From positions 800,001 through 864,000 of the forward strand of contig CBDCDA010000001.1 in the NCBI GenBank assembly GCA_965215335.1: a stretch of DNA of 64,000 bases, written 5' to 3'. Both the position numbers and the translations under genes were made by a program. The notes under the pieces were generated by a model. The model had not been told where the DNA came from. It searched no databases and saw nothing but the letters and a program-made list of their open reading frames with translations. This stretch comes from an uncultured Candidatus Entotheonella sp. Lineage in GTDB: Bacteria; Tectomicrobia; Entotheonellia; Entotheonellales; Entotheonellaceae. Of this stretch, positions 40,590 to 51,585 are shown in pieces. Within the stretch, counting starts at the first letter, position 1. Each line of letters begins with the position of its first letter.

Positions 40590-40977
40590 CGTATGAATGA
40601 AACTGCTTTTGATTTCTTGTCCACGCTTGCTAATTGGAGGTCAGTCACACTATCCAAGGTAACTCTGCGCCACTCTTTGTTCACTTCGTTCGATCCTACG
40701 CTCTCCTGCATCACCATGCAGTGCCGCTCAATCTCCCGATGAAAACGCTCCGGCAGGCGCGCCCAGCCGTGCACCTCCACCAGGAAGGGAATGGTCGAAT
40801 CCCGTACGGCTTCCTCGAATCTTCCAACTGGCCGACCGGGATCTCTTTCAAACTCGGCCCGCGCAGCCACAAATCGAGGTCGCTGCCATCATGGCTCCGC
40901 CCGTTCACGCGGCTGCCGTAGGCCCAAGCGTCCGGATGCAGCGCCGGAGAAAGGTCGTGTCGATGTTCACGATTCAC
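40590..40977 (-). pseudogene. Minimal nucleotidyltransferase (MNT), frameshifted, running into the HsdS N-terminus
   Basis: [17 protein letters not shown] (GS-x10-DxD), then in a shifted frame [24 protein letters not shown]...EWRRVTLDSV. Confidence 0.7.
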
Positions 40978-42529
40978 GCTCCCCGAACCCCAGTGCCTTC
41001 AGGTTCTCGGCGATGGCGGCGTCGAGCCGGGCGCCTTCGGCCTGCTGGGCGCGCAGGTCGGCGACAAGCCGTGCCATCTTCGCCTCGAACGGTTCGCCGT
41101 CGTCGGCCTGCGGGGCGGCCGACGTAGCGACCGGGGGTCAGCACGTGGCCGTGGCGGCGCACCGCGTCCAGCGGTGCGCTCTTGCAGAAGCCGGGAACGT
41201 CGGCGTAGTCGCCGGAACCGGTGCGCCAGGCGTGGTAGGCGCCGGCAATGCGGGCGATGTCGTCGTCGCCCAGTTCGCGGTGCGTGCGGTCCACCATCTG
41301 GCCCAGGTTGCGGGCGTCGATGAACAGCACCTCGCCGCGCCGCTGGCGGCGGCGCGCCAGGAACCACAGGCAGGCGGGAATCTGGGTCGAGTAGAAGAGC
41401 TGACCCGGCAGCGCCACCATGCAGTCCACCAGATCCGCCTCGATCAGGCTCCTGCGGATGTCGCCCTCGCCCGACTGCCCCGACGACATGGAACCGTTGG
41501 CGAGCACGAAGCCGGCGGCGCCGGTGGGCGCCAAGTGGTGGACGATGTGCTGCACCCAAGCGAAGTTGGCGTTGCCCCTGGGCGGCGTACCGTATTGCCA
41601 GCGCTTGTCGTCGGTGAGCCGCTCGCCACCCCAGTCGGAGACGTTGAACGGCGGGTTGGCAAGGATGAAGTCGGCCTTGAGGTCGGGATGGCGATCGTTG
41701 TGGAAGCTGTCGCCGTGGGCGATCTGCCCCTCGATGCCGCGAATGGCGAGGTTCATCTTCGCCAGCCGCCAGGTCGTGTAGTTCGATTCCTGGCCGTAGA
41801 TGGAGATGTCGCTGCTCGCGCGACCCCCATTGCCGTTGCCGCTGGCATGGGCGCGGATGAATGCCACCGACTGCACGAACATGCCGGAGGAGCGCAACAC
41901 GGGTCGTAGACCCGGCCGCGGTACGGCGCCAGCATCTCGACCAGCAGATTGACGACGCAGCGCGGGGTGTAGAACTCGCCGCCCTTCTTGCCCTCGGCGC
42001 TGGCGAACCGCGAGAGGAAATACTCGTAGACGCGCCCGAGCACGTCCCGGGAGCGGGCGTCTTCGTCGCCCACCCGGATATTGCTGATGAGGTCGATCAA
42101 CTGGCCGAGACGCTGCCTGTCGAGCGCCGGGCGGGCGTAGTCCTTGGGCAGCACCTCCCGGAGCACCGGGTTGTCGTGTTCGATGGCGGCCATGGCGCCA
42201 TCGACGATCCGGCCGATAGCGGGCTGCCGCGCCATGTCCTCGAGATGCGTCCAGCGCGCCTCCGCGGGCACCCAGAAGATATTCTCGGCGATGTACTCGT
42301 CGCGGTCCTCGGCGGCGTCCTCGCCCCATTCGGCAAGAACCGCGGCATGGCGCTCCTCGAAGGCGTCGGAGATGTACTTCAGGAAGATGAGGCCGAGGAC
42401 GACGTGCTTGTATTCGGCGGCATCCATCGAGCCGCGCAGGCTGTCGGCCATGCGCCACAACCCGGCCTCGTAGCCGGTCGTCGCGCCCTGGGCCGCGGTT
42501 CTGGTGTCGCGGGGCGGCTTGGCAGCCAT
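40967..42529 (-). pseudogene. hsdM: Type I RM methyltransferase subunit, two frameshifts (~41890 and ~41120)
   Basis: [27 protein letters not shown] (1-nt loss), [17 protein letters not shown]. Confidence 0.88.
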
Positions 42530-42561
42530 GGGGAGTCCTCACTTCATTCCCCCCGCCTTCC

Positions 42562-43386
42562 TCAGCCGAGTTTCCTGCGGATGAAGGGGAGGTGGATGAG
42601 GTCCTGTTTGTAGTTGACGGTGAGGGCGTACATGATGGCGTTGACGCCGAGCTTGAAGGCTTGCAGGCGCTGGGCTTCGCCGCCGGGGTGGCAGGCGGCG
42701 ACCCAGTTGCCGAGGTAATCGCGCTCCCAGGCGGCGCCGAGGCCGTTCTGGCAGTAGAGCAGCGGCGTACGGTCGCCGATGTGCACGCCTTCGAGGTAGG
42801 GATTGACGATGCGTACGCCGCCCATGGTGCGGATGAGGTAATAGGTGCGGAAAACGGAATGATCGGGCGACAGGATTTTGAGCGCGCGGGCCGGGAACAG
42901 GCGGGCGATTTCGCGGCGCACGCTGGCGTCGAAGTCCTGCCCCTTGTTGCCGCGCGCGTCGTCGATGAGCAGCAGGCCGCCGAAGCGCAGGTAGCGGCGC
43001 AGAATTTCCAGCTCCTCGGTATCAAAAGGCTCGAAAGCACGCTCGCCGGTCATGTACAGGAAGGGGTGGGAAAACAGCGCCGGGTCGCGCAGGGTGAGGG
43101 TGCGGCGTTCGTTTTGGGTCTCGACGCTGGTGCGCAGCCGCATTTCCTGCATCAGGGGAGCGATGGCCAAGGGCCGCGGGTCCCACTGGCCACCGCGATA
43201 TTGCAACTGCGCCAGCACGAACGTGTTGGTAGCCGGCATGGCGGCAGCCGGCAACGTCTTCAGGCCCAGCAGAGCGGGAACGGCGGCCCAGCCGCGGACC
43301 GCGCGGTGCAGCAGCGTCCGCCGCGACAGCGTCGCAGATCCGGCACGTGGGGCTGTCAGCCTGGCATCGTCAGACTTCGGCATCAC
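42562..43386 (-). CDS. DUF4159 domain protein
   Basis: [51 protein letters not shown] Tat-like leader; standard member of MoxR/DUF58/BatA clusters. Confidence 0.72.
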   Translation of the reverse strand: MMPKSDDARLTAPRAGSATLSRRTLLHRAVRGWAAVPALLGLKTLPAAAMPATNTFVLAQLQYRGGQWDPRPLAIAPLMQEMRLRTSVETQNERRTLTLRDPALFSHPFLYMTGERAFEPFDTEELEILRRYLRFGGLLLIDDARGNKGQDFDASVRREIARLFPARALKILSPDHSVFRTYYLIRTMGGVRIVNPYLEGVHIGDRTPLLYCQNGLGAAWERDYLGNWVAACHPGGEAQRLQAFKLGVNAIMYALTVNYKQDLIHLPFIRRKLG

Positions 43387-43396
43387 ACTCCCCGCC

Positions 43397-45523
43397 TCAC
43401 AAACGGTTGGCGCAGACGTTCTCGACCATCAGCACCGCCACCAGCGACAGCAGCAGCATGCCGGCGATCTCACGGCCCGGCGGTGACGTGCCGTCGGCCT
43501 GCTGTCCGAGCGTCGCTTCCTCTTCCAATATAACCGGCAACGGTTGCCAGCGCGTCCGCAGGTCGGGTTGTTGCAATTTGGCAAAGTCCGACTCCGCCCG
43601 CGTGGCATTCACGGCCAGGTAGTCGGCATCGGCGTTGGTGGTGCCAAGGCGGTATATGCCCGGCACGGTGTAGTCCGTCACCGGTGCCTCGATGACGCCT
43701 TCCCGAACCACGAAACGGCTCAGCAATTCCTTGCCGTCCGGGGCGAGGATGGTGAGGCTGCCGCCCTCCTGCGCTCCCTGGATATGCACCGCCGTCGGTC
43801 CGGGCAGGAACACCTGCGGGCGTTGCGTCGCCCTGGAAAGCTGCGCCGCGTACCCGACCAGGCTGTGCACCAGCGGCACGTACGCTATCCGCGTCGGCAG
43901 ATCCGTCCAGTCGCGGTCGGCGGTGGAGGTGAACAGCAGCACACGCCCGCGGCTCAGGGACCGTTCGAGCAGGAACGGCCGGCCGTCTGTGTACGACAGC
44001 AACACGTCCGCGTCCACCGCCTCGTCCTCGGCCACCGAGAAATAGCGATAAAAGCGACTGCGCGTCAGCATGTCCGCAGCGTCGCCGCTGAACACCGCCA
44101 GGGCCTCGTGCGCGTTGTCGGCCGGTTGCAGCGTTACCGGCGCTTCCTCGGGTTGCTGCACCGGCTCGCCCAGGGCCACCGGCAACAGCGGCGTGTCCGA
44201 ACCGTAAAACAGATTGTTGTAGCGCGTCGCGTCCACCTGATGGCCGGCGAAGAAGATCAGCCCGCCGCCGTCGGTCACGAACTGGTACAACCCCTGGCGC
44301 ACCCGTGGCGACAGCGCCTCGACGTTGCATAGGACGATGACGCCGTAGTCGCTCAGACGCTCCTGCTCCAGGCCCTCCCAGACCAGCGGCTTCGGGTGGA
44401 ACAGCGGCGGCCCCAGTGAGCCGCGCGGCTGCAGGGCGCTGAACAGGTAAAAGGTCTCGCTGTCGAACAGCGACGTACCCGGGTCGCCGTCCACCACCAG
44501 CACGCGCGCCGGCGCCACCGTCTGCAGGGCGACGTAGAACCGGTCATCCTCGGTGAAGGCATCGCCCTGCAAGCGCACCTCGCCCCAGTGTAACCCCACC
44601 TCCGGCGCCACGATGCGGAACGGCACGACCGCCTCCTCGCCGGCGCTCAGGTCGGCCAGCTGCTGGCCGACCGTCTCGCCGCCGAGCAACAGATCGACCC
44701 GCAGGCTGCGCACCGGCTCGTCGCTGTGATTGCGGACCAGCACGGTCACGTCCAGCGGCGTCCGCTCGATAAACGGCGGCTCGGTGATGCGCACGCCGCT
44801 GATCAGCGCGTTGGCGTCGCGCTCCGGCGAGCCGAGGCGGATGACGTGCACGGTCAGGTCTTCCGGCACCCGAGGCAGTTGCGACACCCGAAAGCCTTCC
44901 CAGCCGTGCACCGTCAGATCGGTCAGCAGCATCAGCCGCCGTCGCGGTGCCGCGCTCGCCTGCAAAATCTCGACGGCCCGCTGCACCGCAGCCGCGACGT
45001 CCACCGCCGCGTGACTGGCTGAAATGCCTCGCACCTGATCCCACAACGCCGTCACATCGGCCCCCAGCAGGGGCGGCCTTGCATCGGCGTCGTCCGTCAC
45101 CAGCGGCAGCACGACGGCGCTGTCCGGCGCCGCAATACCCTCCAGAAGCCGCCCCGCCAGCGTCTTGGCCCGTTGCAGGCGGGTCTCCTGACTGTCGCGC
45201 AACTGCATGCTGAGGCTGTTGTCCAGCAGCACGACCGTCGCCTGCGGCGGCAACGCCAGGGCCGCACTCGCCTCACCGCCCCAGCGTGGCTGCGACAACA
45301 GCAGCGCCAGCAGCAGAATCGCCAGCACCCGCAGGGCCAACAGCAGCAACTGGTACAACCGAAACTTGCGCGCCGTCCGCCGGTCCGCCATCAGCAGAAA
45401 GCGCAGCGCCGGAAAACGATGCACCAGCGCCCGGTGCCGGTTGATCAGGTGGATCAGAATCGGCACGCCGGCCGCCAGGCCGGCCAGCAGGAACATCGGC
45501 TGCAGAAACGTCAGGCCAAACAT
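43397..45523 (-). CDS. BatA-domain / von Willebrand A membrane protein
   Basis: FLQP.FL.GL...PILIHL (BatA), LDNSLSM MIDAS, LTDL, C-terminal TM. Confidence 0.82.
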   Translation of the reverse strand: MFGLTFLQPMFLLAGLAAGVPILIHLINRHRALVHRFPALRFLLMADRRTARKFRLYQLLLLALRVLAILLLALLLSQPRWGGEASAALALPPQATVVLLDNSLSMQLRDSQETRLQRAKTLAGRLLEGIAAPDSAVVLPLVTDDADARPPLLGADVTALWDQVRGISASHAAVDVAAAVQRAVEILQASAAPRRRLMLLTDLTVHGWEGFRVSQLPRVPEDLTVHVIRLGSPERDANALISGVRITEPPFIERTPLDVTVLVRNHSDEPVRSLRVDLLLGGETVGQQLADLSAGEEAVVPFRIVAPEVGLHWGEVRLQGDAFTEDDRFYVALQTVAPARVLVVDGDPGTSLFDSETFYLFSALQPRGSLGPPLFHPKPLVWEGLEQERLSDYGVIVLCNVEALSPRVRQGLYQFVTDGGGLIFFAGHQVDATRYNNLFYGSDTPLLPVALGEPVQQPEEAPVTLQPADNAHEALAVFSGDAADMLTRSRFYRYFSVAEDEAVDADVLLSYTDGRPFLLERSLSRGRVLLFTSTADRDWTDLPTRIAYVPLVHSLVGYAAQLSRATQRPQVFLPGPTAVHIQGAQEGGSLTILAPDGKELLSRFVVREGVIEAPVTDYTVPGIYRLGTTNADADYLAVNATRAESDFAKLQQPDLRTRWQPLPVILEEEATLGQQADGTSPPGREIAGMLLLSLVAVLMVENVCANRL

Positions 45524-45627
45524 GCTGCCTCCCTAACTGCGACCAGTGGCCGGTTCGAGGAATACGGCTGCTTGCCGGCCGGTTTCGTGCAGCGCCGGGC
45601 CAAGATGCGTCTTTCCCTGCGACCGCA
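45497..45627. repeat. Left copy of duplicated DUF58/BatA junction flanking the molybdoenzyme operon
   Basis: 45497-45556 matches 52236-52295; 45590-45627 matches DUF58-internal 52713-52750. Confidence 0.78.
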
Positions 45628-46089
45628 TCAGACAGGCAGGCAAACGGCGAGCCTGCAGGCGCGGCCCAGCTTGCGCAGTGTCCTCCGACATATAATCCAT
45701 CAACCCACCCGCGTCAAGCAGGAGATGGAAATGCTCCTGACGTTCTCACAGGTCATGCCGCGTTCCGCCGATCAACGTCTGATCGAGCGAATGTTCGGGG
45801 CCCAAATTCTCATCAATAGTATTGACTTGACAGATTTCCGACGTACTTTTTTCTTCACCTAATTCTGATTTTGACAAATCTTTGAATTTCTTGTTCCTGG
45901 GAAGCAATGTGCGTCCCGTTCGAGATCAAGAATTCTTCCGAATCAAGACCCCTGTGAGGCCGCCTTGCTGCAACTGGCCAAGGTCTCTTTGAAATTCTCG
46001 GTTTCAATAGTGAACGCACTTTAGTCAAAGGAGCTCGATTCAGTCGATTCGGTCTGATCGCTAATCCCAAAGCATGAGAGGGGAAGGCA

Positions 46090-49000
46090 ATGCGTAACGA
46101 TTTCAGCCGGCGCGAATTCCTCCACGGTGCATCGGTAGCGGGCGGTCTGCTCGCTGTTTCGAATCTTCTCTCGCTATCCCTCCTTCGCCCAGCGCACGCC
46201 ATTGACAATCCGCTGGCGTTCTATCCGAACCGGGATTGGGAAAAGTTGTATCGGGATGCCTATGCCTACGACGACTCCTACATCTTCATGTGTACCCCGA
46301 ATTGCACCCATAACTGTTACCTGCGGGCCTATGTGAAAAACGGGATCGTCACGCGCTGCGGCCCGACCCAGGAGTACCACAAAGGCACGGACGTGTACGA
46401 AACCAGGGCAAGCCAGCGTTGGGACCCGCGCCATTGCAACAAGGGCCTGGCGATCGTGCGGCGGTTCAACGGCGACCGGCGCGTCAAAGGGCCGCTGGTC
46501 CGGCGCGGCTTCAAGGAGTGGGTAGCGCGAGGATTTCCGCGCGACGCCGACGGCCTGCCGCCGGCGGAATTGTTTCGCCGCGGTGAAGACAGCTTCGTTC
46601 CGATGGGTTGGAACGAAGCCTATGAGATGGTGGCCGCGGTACTGTCGGAGACCGCGCGCCATTACTCAGGCGAATCCGGCGCGCGCCAACTCGCCGCTCA
46701 GGACTACCACGCCTCGATGATCGACGCCTGCGAAGGCGCCGGTACGCGAACCCTGAAGTTTCGCGGTGGCATGCCGGTGCTGGGCTCCATCAAGCTCTTC
46801 GGCCAATACCGCCAAGCCAACTCGATGGCGCTGCTCGATTCGTACCTCCGCGGGGTTGATGAAGACGAGGCCAAGGGCGGCGTGGGTCTGGACAATTACT
46901 CCTGGCATACGGACCTGCCGCCCGGCCATCCGATGGTGACGGGGCAGCAGACGGTGGATTTCGATTTGTCCTGCGTCGAATACACCGACCTGGCAATCTG
47001 CTGGGGCATGAACTGGATATCGACCAAGATGCCCGACGCCCACTGGTTGCTGGAAGCGCGCATCAAGGGCACCAAGGTCGTCGTCATCAGCACGGAATAC
47101 AACTCGACGTGCTCGAAAGCCGACGAGATCGTGATCCTGCGTCCGGGCACCGATCCTGCCCTGGCGCTCGGCATCGCGCGTGAGATCATCGACGAAAAAC
47201 TCTACGACGAGCCGTTCGTCAAGGGCAATACGGATCTGCCGCTGCTGGTGCGCATGGATACGGAAGAACTGCTGCGGGCGAGCGACGCGGTCCCCGGCCA
47301 CCAGCTCGCGGCGTTGCAGCGCACGCGCGTGCTGGAAAAAGGGGAGTCGGTGGCACCCTTCGCGACCGACGTCGGTGAGCCGACGATATCACTTGAGCAG
47401 CGGGAGGCGTGGGACGATTTTGTCGTCTGGGACGCGAAGACGCAAGGCCCGGTGGCGGTCAGCCGTGACGATATCGGCGAGTACTTTCACGCCAAGGGTG
47501 TCGATCCCATTCTCGAAGGCGAATACACGGTGGCAATCGACGGGCAACAGGTTCCCGTTCGGCCGGTGTTCGATCTCGTTGCCCAGCACCTGCGCGACAC
47601 CTGGAGCCTGGCAAATACCTCGAAGGTGACCTGGGCGCCCGAGAGCGCTATCCAGAGCCTGGCGCGCGAAATCGCAGCACGACCCGAGAAGGTGCTCTTC
47701 GTCACCGGCATGGGGCCCAATCAGATGTTCAATGCCGATCAGAAGGACCGCGCTATCTTTCTCGTGGCGGCATTGACGCGCAACGTGGGCTTCCCGGGGG
47801 GCAACGTCGGCAGTTATGCAGGCAACTACCGGGCAGCGTATTTCAACGGCATGCCAACGTACATGGCGGAGGATCCATTCGAGCCGCAGTTGGACCCGAA
47901 AGCGGATCCCAAGGTCCGCAAAACCTTCCGCATGCAGTCGGCCCATTTCTACTCGCACGGCGATACCCCTCTGGTCGTCGGCGATCGCGTCTTCAACGGC
48001 GAGACGCATACGCCCCTGCCGACCAAGACCCTGTGGTTCTCCGGATCGAATTCCATCCTCGGCAACGCGAAGGGGCATTACGACGTGGTCATGAACCTGC
48101 TGCGACATCCGGAATATCGCGCCAAATCGGCCAGCAGGCGCATGATCGAGGCGGTTATCGTCAATGAATGGTGGTGGACGGCGAGTTGCGAGTTCGCCGA
48201 CGTCGTGTTCGCCATCGATTCCTGGGGCGAGTACCAGGTCCACGATCTGACGCAGTCCTGCACCAATCCCTTCATGCAGGTCATGCCACTCTCGAAGATC
48301 CCGCGCATTCACTCGACCAGAAGCGATACGGAGGTCTACGCGGGCATCGCCGAGAAGCTGGCCGCGCTGACTGGAGATCGTCGTTTCGTCGATTACTGGA
48401 AGTTCATCGCCGAGGGCAGAGCCGTACCCTATATCCAACGCATTCTGGACCACAGCAACATCACCCGCGGCTACCGCTTCGAGGATCTCCTGGAGAAGGC
48501 AGAGCGCGGCATTCCCGTCATGATGATGGGCCGCTCCTATCCGAAATACATCGGCCACGAGCAGTCTGCCGAATCCAAGCCCTGGTACAACCGCACGGGA
48601 CGGCTCGAATTCCTGCGCGACGAGCCGGAGTTCAGGGACCATGGCGAGATGCTGCCGCTCCATCGCGAGCCCGTGGACGCCACGTTCCATGAACCAAACG
48701 CGATCGTGGCGGCGCCCCACCCCCTGATTCACCCCAAGACGCCCGAGGCCTGGGGCCTCGACCCCGATGACCTGAGCGGTGAGACGCGCCAAGTGCGCAA
48801 CGTCGTACGTACGCCCACGGAGTTGCTCGAAACCGAGCACCCATTGATGGAAAAAGGCTTCACCCACCAATGGATCACGCCCAAGTATCGTCACAGCGTG
48901 CACACCATCGTCGCGGACATCGACATCCTGTCGGTCTGGTGGGGTCCCTACGGCGACATGTACCGCAAGGACACGCGAAAACCCTGGGTCGGCGAAGGCT

Positions 49001-49590
49001 ATGTCGACATGAACCCGGACGACGCCCGCGAGCTCGGCATAGAAGACGGCGACTACGTCTGGATCGACGCCGACCCGGACGACCGCCCCTTCCACGGCTG
49101 GCAGGAACGGCCGGACGAAGCGCGAATCGCCCGCGCGATGATGCGCTGCCGCTATTACCCGGGCACCCCGCGGGGCATCGCGCGCACGTATTTTCATTTC
49201 TCGGGGGCGTCCTTTGGCAGCGTGCGCGGCCAGGAAACGCGCCGTGATGGTCTGGCCAAGAGTCCCGAGACCGGCTACCAGTCGATGTACCGCTATGGTA
49301 GCCATCAGAGCGGCACCCGCTCGTGGTTGCGCCCGACCTTGCTGACCGACTCGCTCACCCGCAAGAACCTCATGGGGCAGCGTGTCGGCCAAGGCTTCGC
49401 GCCGGACGTGCACTGCGCGAACGGCGCGCCGCGCGAGTCGTTCGTGAAGATCACCAGGGCCGAACCGGGCGGCCTTGGCGGCGAGGGCAAATGGGGTCCG
49501 GTCGAAAAGGGCATCCGGCCAACGCAGGAAAGCGAATCCATGAAGCGCTTTCTGGCTGGCGAATTCACCAAGGTCAGAAGGAGGTCATGA
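46090..49590 (+). CDS. Periplasmic DMSO-reductase type II molybdoenzyme alpha subunit (NxrA/NarG-like)
   Basis: Tat signal SRREFL; NPL..YP.R.WE..Y.D.Y.YD; C-x3-C-x3-C-x39-C FS0 motif; WHTD (putative Asp Mo ligand)[22 protein letters not shown]; 1166 aa. Confidence 0.9.
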   Translation: MRNDFSRREFLHGASVAGGLLAVSNLLSLSLLRPAHAIDNPLAFYPNRDWEKLYRDAYAYDDSYIFMCTPNCTHNCYLRAYVKNGIVTRCGPTQEYHKGTDVYETRASQRWDPRHCNKGLAIVRRFNGDRRVKGPLVRRGFKEWVARGFPRDADGLPPAELFRRGEDSFVPMGWNEAYEMVAAVLSETARHYSGESGARQLAAQDYHASMIDACEGAGTRTLKFRGGMPVLGSIKLFGQYRQANSMALLDSYLRGVDEDEAKGGVGLDNYSWHTDLPPGHPMVTGQQTVDFDLSCVEYTDLAICWGMNWISTKMPDAHWLLEARIKGTKVVVISTEYNSTCSKADEIVILRPGTDPALALGIAREIIDEKLYDEPFVKGNTDLPLLVRMDTEELLRASDAVPGHQLAALQRTRVLEKGESVAPFATDVGEPTISLEQREAWDDFVVWDAKTQGPVAVSRDDIGEYFHAKGVDPILEGEYTVAIDGQQVPVRPVFDLVAQHLRDTWSLANTSKVTWAPESAIQSLAREIAARPEKVLFVTGMGPNQMFNADQKDRAIFLVAALTRNVGFPGGNVGSYAGNYRAAYFNGMPTYMAEDPFEPQLDPKADPKVRKTFRMQSAHFYSHGDTPLVVGDRVFNGETHTPLPTKTLWFSGSNSILGNAKGHYDVVMNLLRHPEYRAKSASRRMIEAVIVNEWWWTASCEFADVVFAIDSWGEYQVHDLTQSCTNPFMQVMPLSKIPRIHSTRSDTEVYAGIAEKLAALTGDRRFVDYWKFIAEGRAVPYIQRILDHSNITRGYRFEDLLEKAERGIPVMMMGRSYPKYIGHEQSAESKPWYNRTGRLEFLRDEPEFRDHGEMLPLHREPVDATFHEPNAIVAAPHPLIHPKTPEAWGLDPDDLSGETRQVRNVVRTPTELLETEHPLMEKGFTHQWITPKYRHSVHTIVADIDILSVWWGPYGDMYRKDTRKPWVGEGYVDMNPDDARELGIEDGDYVWIDADPDDRPFHGWQERPDEARIARAMMRCRYYPGTPRGIARTYFHFSGASFGSVRGQETRRDGLAKSPETGYQSMYRYGSHQSGTRSWLRPTLLTDSLTRKNLMGQRVGQGFAPDVHCANGAPRESFVKITRAEPGGLGGEGKWGPVEKGIRPTQESESMKRFLAGEFTKVRRRS

Positions 49591-49591
49591 C

Positions 49592-50728
49592 ATGCCTAAA
49601 GTCAACAACTGGCAACTCGGCCGCGAGATGGACTATCCGTACGAGGCAGCCCGCCCTGATCGCCAGATGGCGATGGTCTTTGACGTGAACAAGTGCATCG
49701 CGTGTCAGACCTGCAGCATGGCCTGCAAGATGACCTGGACCTCCGGTCGGGGACAAGAATACATGTTCTGGAACAACGTCGAGACGAAACCCTACGGTGG
49801 CTTTCCGACCGCCTGGGACCTCGCGGTGCTGGAGAAGATCGGTCACGGCGAGTGGCAGGATGGCGTATACAAGGGCAGGACCGTCTTCGAGGCCGCGGAC
49901 GGCGTCACCGAAACGGTATCCGGTATTCTCCCGACCGATGAGGATTGGGCGCACCCCAATATCGGCGAGGATCAGATCGCGGGCGGCAACATGACACGGG
50001 GTGATCACGTCAACGAGTTGCCGCACAAACAGTGGTTTTTCTACCTGCCGAGGATTTGCAACCACTGCAGCTTCCCGGCCTGCCTGTCGGCCTGCCCACG
50101 CGGGGCCATTTACAAGCGCAAGGAAGACGGCATCGTGCTGATCGATCAAAGCCGCTGCCGCGGCTACCGGGAGTGCGTCAAGGCCTGTCCCTACGGCAAG
50201 CCGATGTTCCGCGCCAACCACGAAGTGTCTGAAAAATGCGTCGGCTGCTACCCCAAAGTCGAACAGGGTTTGCAGACCCAGTGCGTAGAGCAATGCATCG
50301 GCAAGATCCGGGGGCAGGGCTGGATCAGCGAGGGCGACGAGGTAAGGGAAGACCACCCGATCGACTACCTGGTCCGCGTACGCAAGATCGCCTTGCCGCT
50401 CTATCCGCAGTTCGGCACAGGACCCAACGTCTACTACATCCCTCCGGTTCACGTGCCCACGGACTTCCTGGAGCAGATGTTCGGACCGGGCGTGGAGCAC
50501 GCGATCGAGACGTACAAAAACGCGAAGAACGACGAAACGCTGACCGGTCTGCTGCTGCTTTTCGGCAGTTCACCTCAGATCATGGAGCGTTTTGAAGTCG
50601 CAGATGGCTTTGCCCGCGGCTTCAGCCGGGACGACAAACTCGTTGCCGAGGTTCCCCTGACCGAACTGCTGCAATTGCGCAACGCGTATGACCCCGAGCG
50701 CAAGGTGCATCGCCTCGACGTGACCTGA
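49592..50728 (+). CDS. Molybdoenzyme beta (Fe-S) subunit (NxrB/NarH-like)
   Basis: NWQLGR...YPY, CIACQTCSMAC, WNNVETKPYG, CNHC..PAC..ACP, CRGYRECVKACP, PLYPQFGT.PNVYYIPP. Confidence 0.92.
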   Translation: MPKVNNWQLGREMDYPYEAARPDRQMAMVFDVNKCIACQTCSMACKMTWTSGRGQEYMFWNNVETKPYGGFPTAWDLAVLEKIGHGEWQDGVYKGRTVFEAADGVTETVSGILPTDEDWAHPNIGEDQIAGGNMTRGDHVNELPHKQWFFYLPRICNHCSFPACLSACPRGAIYKRKEDGIVLIDQSRCRGYRECVKACPYGKPMFRANHEVSEKCVGCYPKVEQGLQTQCVEQCIGKIRGQGWISEGDEVREDHPIDYLVRVRKIALPLYPQFGTGPNVYYIPPVHVPTDFLEQMFGPGVEHAIETYKNAKNDETLTGLLLLFGSSPQIMERFEVADGFARGFSRDDKLVAEVPLTELLQLRNAYDPERKVHRLDVT

Positions 50729-50756
50729 AACCCGTATCGGGCGGGGGGTTTTTCAG

Positions 50757-51584
50757 ATGAACAGGTATGCCTTCTTCCTCATCAGCCTGCTTTTGCTCAT
50801 GCCGACCGGGGCTGCAAATGGGGCCGAGCCCCTCCACATCCGCGCCATCCATAGCGCCCAAGGCGTCCCCGTGGCGCCGAATTCGGAGGCCTGGATCGAG
50901 GTGCCCGAACATGACATTGCGCTGATGCGCCAGATGATCGTCCCGCCAACGGGCGGGGGCAGTATCACCAGCGTGAAGGTGCGCGCGGTGCACGACGGTC
51001 AGACGCTCGCCTTTCGATTCGCCTGGACCGACGCGAGCACGGACGACAACGTCGGCGTGGATCAGTTTCGCGACGCCATCGCGATAGGATTTCCGGTGCG
51101 CGGCTCCGCATCGTTGCCCTCTCCCTTTATGGGCGATGCCGATAATCCGATCAATATCTGGCAATGGACGGCCGACTTTGATGCCAACGCGCGGGGGCAC
51201 GGAGGGTTTGCGGCGCATTATCCGCACACCGAAGGGGTCTGGTATTTTCCGCAGGACTACGAGGTAACCCGGCACGTGCTGGCTTGGCGGGGCACCGAAC
51301 CCGTGATGGAGTTGGTGTCACGCGGCTGGGGCACAGTGGAACGCAAGGTATCCCAGAACGTACAAGGGATCAGCGATTACGCCGACGGCCGTTGGCAGGT
51401 GGTGTTGCGCAGAAGACTGGCGACCGGCAACCCGGGAGATACGCATTTTCGTCCGGGTGAGCAGACATACGCCATCATCGCCATCTGGAACGGCATGGAG
51501 CGCGAGGTTAACGGCAAGAAGAACGTGACAATGACGTGGATACCCGTGTTCATCGAGCCAACCACCAGCGTTTCGGATCAATGA
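50757..51584 (+). CDS. Molybdoenzyme gamma subunit, EbdC-like heme b protein (EB_dh/DOMON)
   Basis: Sec-type leader; VRAVHDG..L.FRF.W.D, FRDAIAIGFP, PFMGD...PINIWQW, AIWNG..RE.NGKK. Confidence 0.8.
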   Translation: MNRYAFFLISLLLLMPTGAANGAEPLHIRAIHSAQGVPVAPNSEAWIEVPEHDIALMRQMIVPPTGGGSITSVKVRAVHDGQTLAFRFAWTDASTDDNVGVDQFRDAIAIGFPVRGSASLPSPFMGDADNPINIWQWTADFDANARGHGGFAAHYPHTEGVWYFPQDYEVTRHVLAWRGTEPVMELVSRGWGTVERKVSQNVQGISDYADGRWQVVLRRRLATGNPGDTHFRPGEQTYAIIAIWNGMEREVNGKKNVTMTWIPVFIEPTTSVSDQ

Positions 51585-51585
51585 C

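Noticed and set aside
40974..43040. 688-aa ORF as a single large methyltransferase
   Set aside because: Only the part after the frameshift at ~41890 is HsdM; the rest is off-frame reading of hsdM and the DUF4159 gene.
47389..49413. 674-aa minus-strand ORF
   Set aside because: Antisense shadow of the molybdoenzyme alpha subunit.
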